A stretch of DNA of 63,530 nt, filler included, from an uncultured Clostridia bacterium (lineage in GTDB: Bacteria; CAYTYR01; UBA6262): assembly GCA_964441745.1 (NCBI GenBank). It is 3 parts of 3 records of this genome, joined end to end, with 100 filler letters (N's around TTAATTAATTAA, not from the genome) between each part and the next. Parts side by side here need not be neighbours in the genome. Positions count along the whole stretch, not along the records: positions 42,668 to 63,530 come from CAYTYR010000028.1; 2 more parts are not named here. One strand, given 5' to 3'. Each line of letters begins with the position of its first letter. Positions within the stretch are counted from its first letter, which is position 1. This document shows positions 60,026 to 63,530 of this stretch, piece after piece. The notes below the pieces were generated by a model. The model did not search any database. It was given only the letters and a program-made list of their open reading frames with translations, and was not told the DNA's origin. The position numbers and the translations under genes were made by a program.

Positions 60026-60752
60026 AGTTTACGAATATGTTGAAAAACATATTTCCACTTTTCATCAGAAACGACTTGAATACATTACAACTACAACTGA
60101 ATTAGATAAAATACTTCAGCAGAAAAATCCTTATTTGTTCAGGGCCAAAAATATTTTGACTGCCCAAGACTTAATAAAAGGGTTTTTAGATGCTTTTCTT
60201 CAATCTCAGGAAGAAACTTTATTTGGTGAATTTATTGAAGGTTTGGCAATTTTTGTGTGCAACAGAGTTTTTAGTGCGAAAAAATCACAATTAACAGGAA
60301 TTGATTTAGAATTTGAGAAAGATAATGTTATTTATATAATTGAAATTAAAGCAGGTTGGAATTGGGGCAATGCAAGTCAAATCAAGCAGTTGAAAATTAA
60401 TTTTGAAAATGCTAAAAAGCTTTTAGAGAGACCTACAGGTAAAAAGGTAATTGCAATAAACGGCTGTTGCTTTGGCAACAAGAAAAATAAAAACCCGGGA
60501 AAAGATGGTTATTATAAAATTTGTGGTCAGGATTTTTGGCAATTGGTTTCGGGAAATGATAAATTTTACATTGATATTGTTGAGCCAATCGGATATAAGG
60601 CGAAACAAAAAAAAGAAGAATTTCTCGAAGCTTATGCTGTTGTCGTAAATAAATTTACATTAGAATTTGCCCAACGGTTTTGTATAGATGGAAAAATTGA
60701 TTGGAAAAATCTTTTGGAATTTAATTCAGGGAAAATAAAAAAACATAAATAA
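60003..60752 (+). CDS. Type II restriction endonuclease (PmeII-like)
   Basis: KNPYLF.AKN, SQEETLFG.F.E.LA, GIDLEF...EIK.G.NWGN PD-(D/E)xK core; overlaps the MTase gene. Confidence 0.8.
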   Translation: MNQLNLNEVYEYVEKHISTFHQKRLEYITTTTELDKILQQKNPYLFRAKNILTAQDLIKGFLDAFLQSQEETLFGEFIEGLAIFVCNRVFSAKKSQLTGIDLEFEKDNVIYIIEIKAGWNWGNASQIKQLKINFENAKKLLERPTGKKVIAINGCCFGNKKNKNPGKDGYYKICGQDFWQLVSGNDKFYIDIVEPIGYKAKQKKEEFLEAYAVVVNKFTLEFAQRFCIDGKIDWKNLLEFNSGKIKKHK

Positions 60753-60762
60753 TGGTTCCCTA

Positions 60763-61422
60763 TTGGGTAAAGATAGAATGGCTTTGTTTAGTTTTCTCCA
60801 TTCATTAAATACGACTTTTGGAACATCTATTTATGAGCCTGTCGCGAAAGAACTTGCTAAGCCAATTTTTAAGCAAGCTCATACTCAGTATAAGCTTGGG
60901 AATATTATAGCCCAAGAAGCTCAGAATGAAATTCAGAAGATAATGAATGACCTTTCTATTGATGGCGAAGTAAATAAGGCAAGCGAAACCGAGAGATTAC
61001 GAAAAGTAGCACAATTAGGAAATCAGAATAAACTAAAATCAGTAAAAGTTGATCTATTTCTTCTTTCAAAAGATGACGAGGTTTTTATGTTTGATCTGAA
61101 AACGGTTAAGCCAAATATAGGAGATTTTATATCCTATAAAAGAAATATGCTTGAATGGTTAGCAATTTACTTTTACGATCATCCAGCTGCTAAAGCAAAT
61201 TCTCTTATTGCGATCCCCTATAACCCTTATGAACCAAAGCCCTATGCAAGATGGACTATGAAGGGGATGTTAGATTTAGTCGAAGAGGTAAAAGTTGCTG
61301 AAGAGTTTTGGGACTTCGTAGGTGGAAAAGGAGCCTACGTCGATTTACTGGATTGTTTTGAAAAAGCTGGCATCGAATTAAGGCCAGAAATGGATAAGTA
61401 TTTTGAAAGATACAAAAAGTAA
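60763..61422 (+). pseudogene. TdeIII-family type II restriction endonuclease, apparently lacking its N-terminus
   Basis: Begins LGKDRMALFSF.HSLNT.FGTS; VDL...D.KT.KPN; PYNPYEP; no RBS, frame opens a few codons after the upstream stop. Confidence 0.65.
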
Positions 61423-61435
61423 AATAGGTGGTTTT

Positions 61436-61723
61436 ATGAAAAGAATTGAGGTAAAGCTGAAGAAGGGGATGGCCGAGGGGTATGAGATACAGCTGACCAA
61501 TACCAGGTTGGTTTTTGTGTTGACTAAAAAGGGTTATGTGATGTGCGGCTATTTAGACCTGACTACTGCTGATAAAGTTGGTGATATCGCTGCCTTGGTG
61601 CGCGGCGTAAGCACTGTTGAGGAGCTGTTAAAAGCTACAGTGCAAGGGGTTTCAGCGGCAGCGAAACAGCTTGGTGTCGAATTAGGCATGACCGGTGAAG
61701 CAGCATTAGAAAAAATGTTGTAA
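61436..61723 (+). CDS. YunC/DUF1805 family protein
   Basis: KGYVMCGYLD, AA.V.GV...EELL, G...GM.G.AL. Confidence 0.85.
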   Translation: MKRIEVKLKKGMAEGYEIQLTNTRLVFVLTKKGYVMCGYLDLTTADKVGDIAALVRGVSTVEELLKATVQGVSAAAKQLGVELGMTGEAALEKML

Positions 61724-61845
61724 ACCCCGTTAGAGATATAACGAGAACTATTTTAATGGCTTAAGCCTATATATAGAAAATCGATTTGCGAGCAATAAAA
61801 TCTCCCGGAAGCTGGAAAACGACAGTTTTCTATCTCTAACGGGGT
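61724..61845. mobile_element. 122-bp MITE with 15-bp perfect terminal inverted repeats
   Basis: ACCCCGTTAGAGATA ... TATCTCTAACGGGGT. Confidence 0.75.
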
Positions 61846-61859
61846 AAAAGGAGTTGGTT

Positions 61860-62072
61860 ATGGATAAAAAAACGCAGGAATTGTTTGAAATGTTTAACAC
61901 CGGCATAGAAAAAGAAAGGCAAGCCCAAGAATTCTATAAAGAACTTATTGAAAAAAGTACTTCAGACATGCAAAAACAAATTTTTCAGGCGTTTTTAAAA
62001 CAAGAAGAAGGCCATGAAAAACAATTGATGAATATGTATGCAGAACTGAAAGAAAGATACGGATTAAAATAG
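61860..62072 (+). CDS. Small ferritin/rubrerythrin-like protein (half domain)
   Basis: E......FY and EEGH motifs. Confidence 0.72.
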   Translation: MDKKTQELFEMFNTGIEKERQAQEFYKELIEKSTSDMQKQIFQAFLKQEEGHEKQLMNMYAELKERYGLK

Positions 62073-62073
62073 A

Positions 62074-63530
62074 ATGCCAACTTTAGTTAAACCCATTACC
62101 GTAAAAGAAAAAATAAACCTGAAAATAGAGAATTTAATCTTCGGCGGCGAGGGATTAGCCCATTACCGGGGATTTACCATTTTTTTGCCTTATGGCTGCC
62201 CTGGTGATGAGGTAGAGGCAGAGATTACGGAAATTAAAAAGGATTATGCCCGGGCCAAGATTACCAAAATTATTACTCCTTCCCCTGACCGCATTAGTCC
62301 CCCTTGCCCGTATTTTTACCATCTGGATGAACAGGTAGAGGATAAGCTTTTCTGCGGCGGGTGCGACTGGCAGAATATTAAATACGAGACCCAGCTGCAA
62401 TTAAAGACCTCCATGGTTAAGGATGCTTTAAAATATATTGCCCGTTTCAAAGATCCTCATGTACTGGATATTATTCCGGCTGAAAACCCATTTAATTATC
62501 GGAATAAAATGCAGTTAAAAGTAGGTTTAAGGGAAAAGGAAGAAGGCGGTAAAAAGATCGTTTGCGGTTTTTATGCCAAAAATACCCATCGGATCATTGA
62601 TATAGAAAAATGCCAGATCCAGACTGATACCGCTAATGAGATTCTGGCCCTGGCCCGTCAACTGCTGGGCGAATATGAACTGCCTGGTTATGATGAAGAA
62701 ACCCATCGCGGCCTGGTGCGCCATATTATCGTGCGGGCCGGAGTGAACACCGACCAATACATGCTGATCTTTGTCACCAAAGAAAAAGATTTTCCCAATA
62801 AAGCAGAGATCGCCGCTAAAATAATGGAACGTTTCCCGCAAGTGCTCAGCGTCATCCAGAATATCAATAAAGCCAAAACTAATGTCATTCTCGGTGAAGA
62901 TACCCTGATCATTGCCGGCAAGCAGAAGATCCAGGAGAAGATCAAGAATCTATTTTTTGATATCTCCCCGGTTTCTTTTTTTCAGACGAATACCCGGCAA
63001 GCAGAAAAATTATACGATACGGTTGTCAGCTTGGCTGAACTTTCCGGACAGGAAGTAGTCCTGGATGTGTATAGCGGCGCCGGAGCGATCGCTTTATATG
63101 TAGCTCCCCAGTCCCAGAAAGTCATTGGCATTGAATCCGGGCAAAGCGCCGTGAAAGACGCGATGTTTAATGCCGAATGGAACAAGATCGAGAATGTGGA
63201 ATTCCGTCTTGGCGAAGCCGAACTGGTATTGTCCCGGATGCACAAGCAGCAGATAAAACCAGATGTCATTATCGTGGATCCACCGCGCAAGGGACTGACC
63301 CAGAAAGTAATAGACGCGGTCATTAACCTGGCTCCCAAGAAAATAATCTATGTTTCCTGCGAGCCGTCTACTATGGCGCGTGATCTGCAGATCCTGCATA
63401 AGAAGCATTATAAACTGGACGTAGTGCAGCCGGTGGATATGTTCCCGCAAACCGCGCATATTGAATGCGTCGCTAAAATAGTAAAAACAATTAAAACAGA
63501 TGCAAACAAATTAATAGAACAGATGCAAAC
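62074..63530 (+). CDS. rlmD: 23S rRNA (uracil-5)-methyltransferase RlmD, runs off window end
   Basis: Manual translation (absent from ORF track): TRAM domain I..L..GGEG..PGD, CGGC.WQ, YRNK, SFFQTN, DPPRKG, YVSC, DMFPQT.H.E. Confidence 0.93.
   Translation, partial: MPTLVKPITVKEKINLKIENLIFGGEGLAHYRGFTIFLPYGCPGDEVEAEITEIKKDYARAKITKIITPSPDRISPPCPYFYHLDEQVEDKLFCGGCDWQNIKYETQLQLKTSMVKDALKYIARFKDPHVLDIIPAENPFNYRNKMQLKVGLREKEEGGKKIVCGFYAKNTHRIIDIEKCQIQTDTANEILALARQLLGEYELPGYDEETHRGLVRHIIVRAGVNTDQYMLIFVTKEKDFPNKAEIAAKIMERFPQVLSVIQNINKAKTNVILGEDTLIIAGKQKIQEKIKNLFFDISPVSFFQTNTRQAEKLYDTVVSLAELSGQEVVLDVYSGAGAIALYVAPQSQKVIGIESGQSAVKDAMFNAEWNKIENVEFRLGEAELVLSRMHKQQIKPDVIIVDPPRKGLTQKVIDAVINLAPKKIIYVSCEPSTMARDLQILHKKHYKLDVVQPVDMFPQTAHIECVAKIVKTIKTDANKLIEQMQ

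Noticed and set aside
425-63459. Numerous 60-240 aa ORFs antisense or out of frame to long genes (e.g. 9824-10405, 28829-29545, 54071-54688, 57913-58482, 62155-63459)
   Set aside because: Shadows of well-supported genes; the minus-strand ORFs after 62155 lie opposite rlmD
1-63530. Taxonomic assignment (an Elusimicrobiota-like or related diderm lineage was considered)
   Set aside because: Based only on impressions of gene content; needs marker-gene phylogeny

Overview
63.5 kb bacterial window, probably from a metagenome-assembled genome. It consists of three contigs joined by two artificial 100-nt N/TTAATTAATTAA linkers (11464-11563, 42568-42667), so adjacency across those points is not biological. 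Contig 1: uvrA, receiver/kinase genes, nadB-panC-panB-folK-dapL. Contig 2: cheR/cheW, a type IV pilus operon (pilB, pilC, pilins, PilM-N fusion, pilO, secretin) behind a degenerate-GGDEF/hybrid-kinase module, the tmk-holB-ricT-metG-tatD block, a second minor-pilin cluster, and an AT-rich island (HEPN-MNT toxin-antitoxin between 274-bp direct repeats, NYN nuclease, truncated surface protein). Contig 3: a CheC/CheD-type chemotaxis operon with an embedded long FtsA-like gene, pcrA, cstA, gatCAB, a restriction-modification replacement locus and partial rlmD. The most unusual signal is non-coding: a dense set of small structured repeats. These include heptamer-array inverted repeats seen both empty and filled with a four-helix-bundle (23S rRNA IVS-type) gene, a palindromic element with 5-bp flanking duplications inserted in frame in panC, nested palindromes, tRNA-3'-end/recombinase-tail scars, and a candidate ~55-nt RNA converging on the NYN gene. 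All product calls come from motif recognition; no searches were run.
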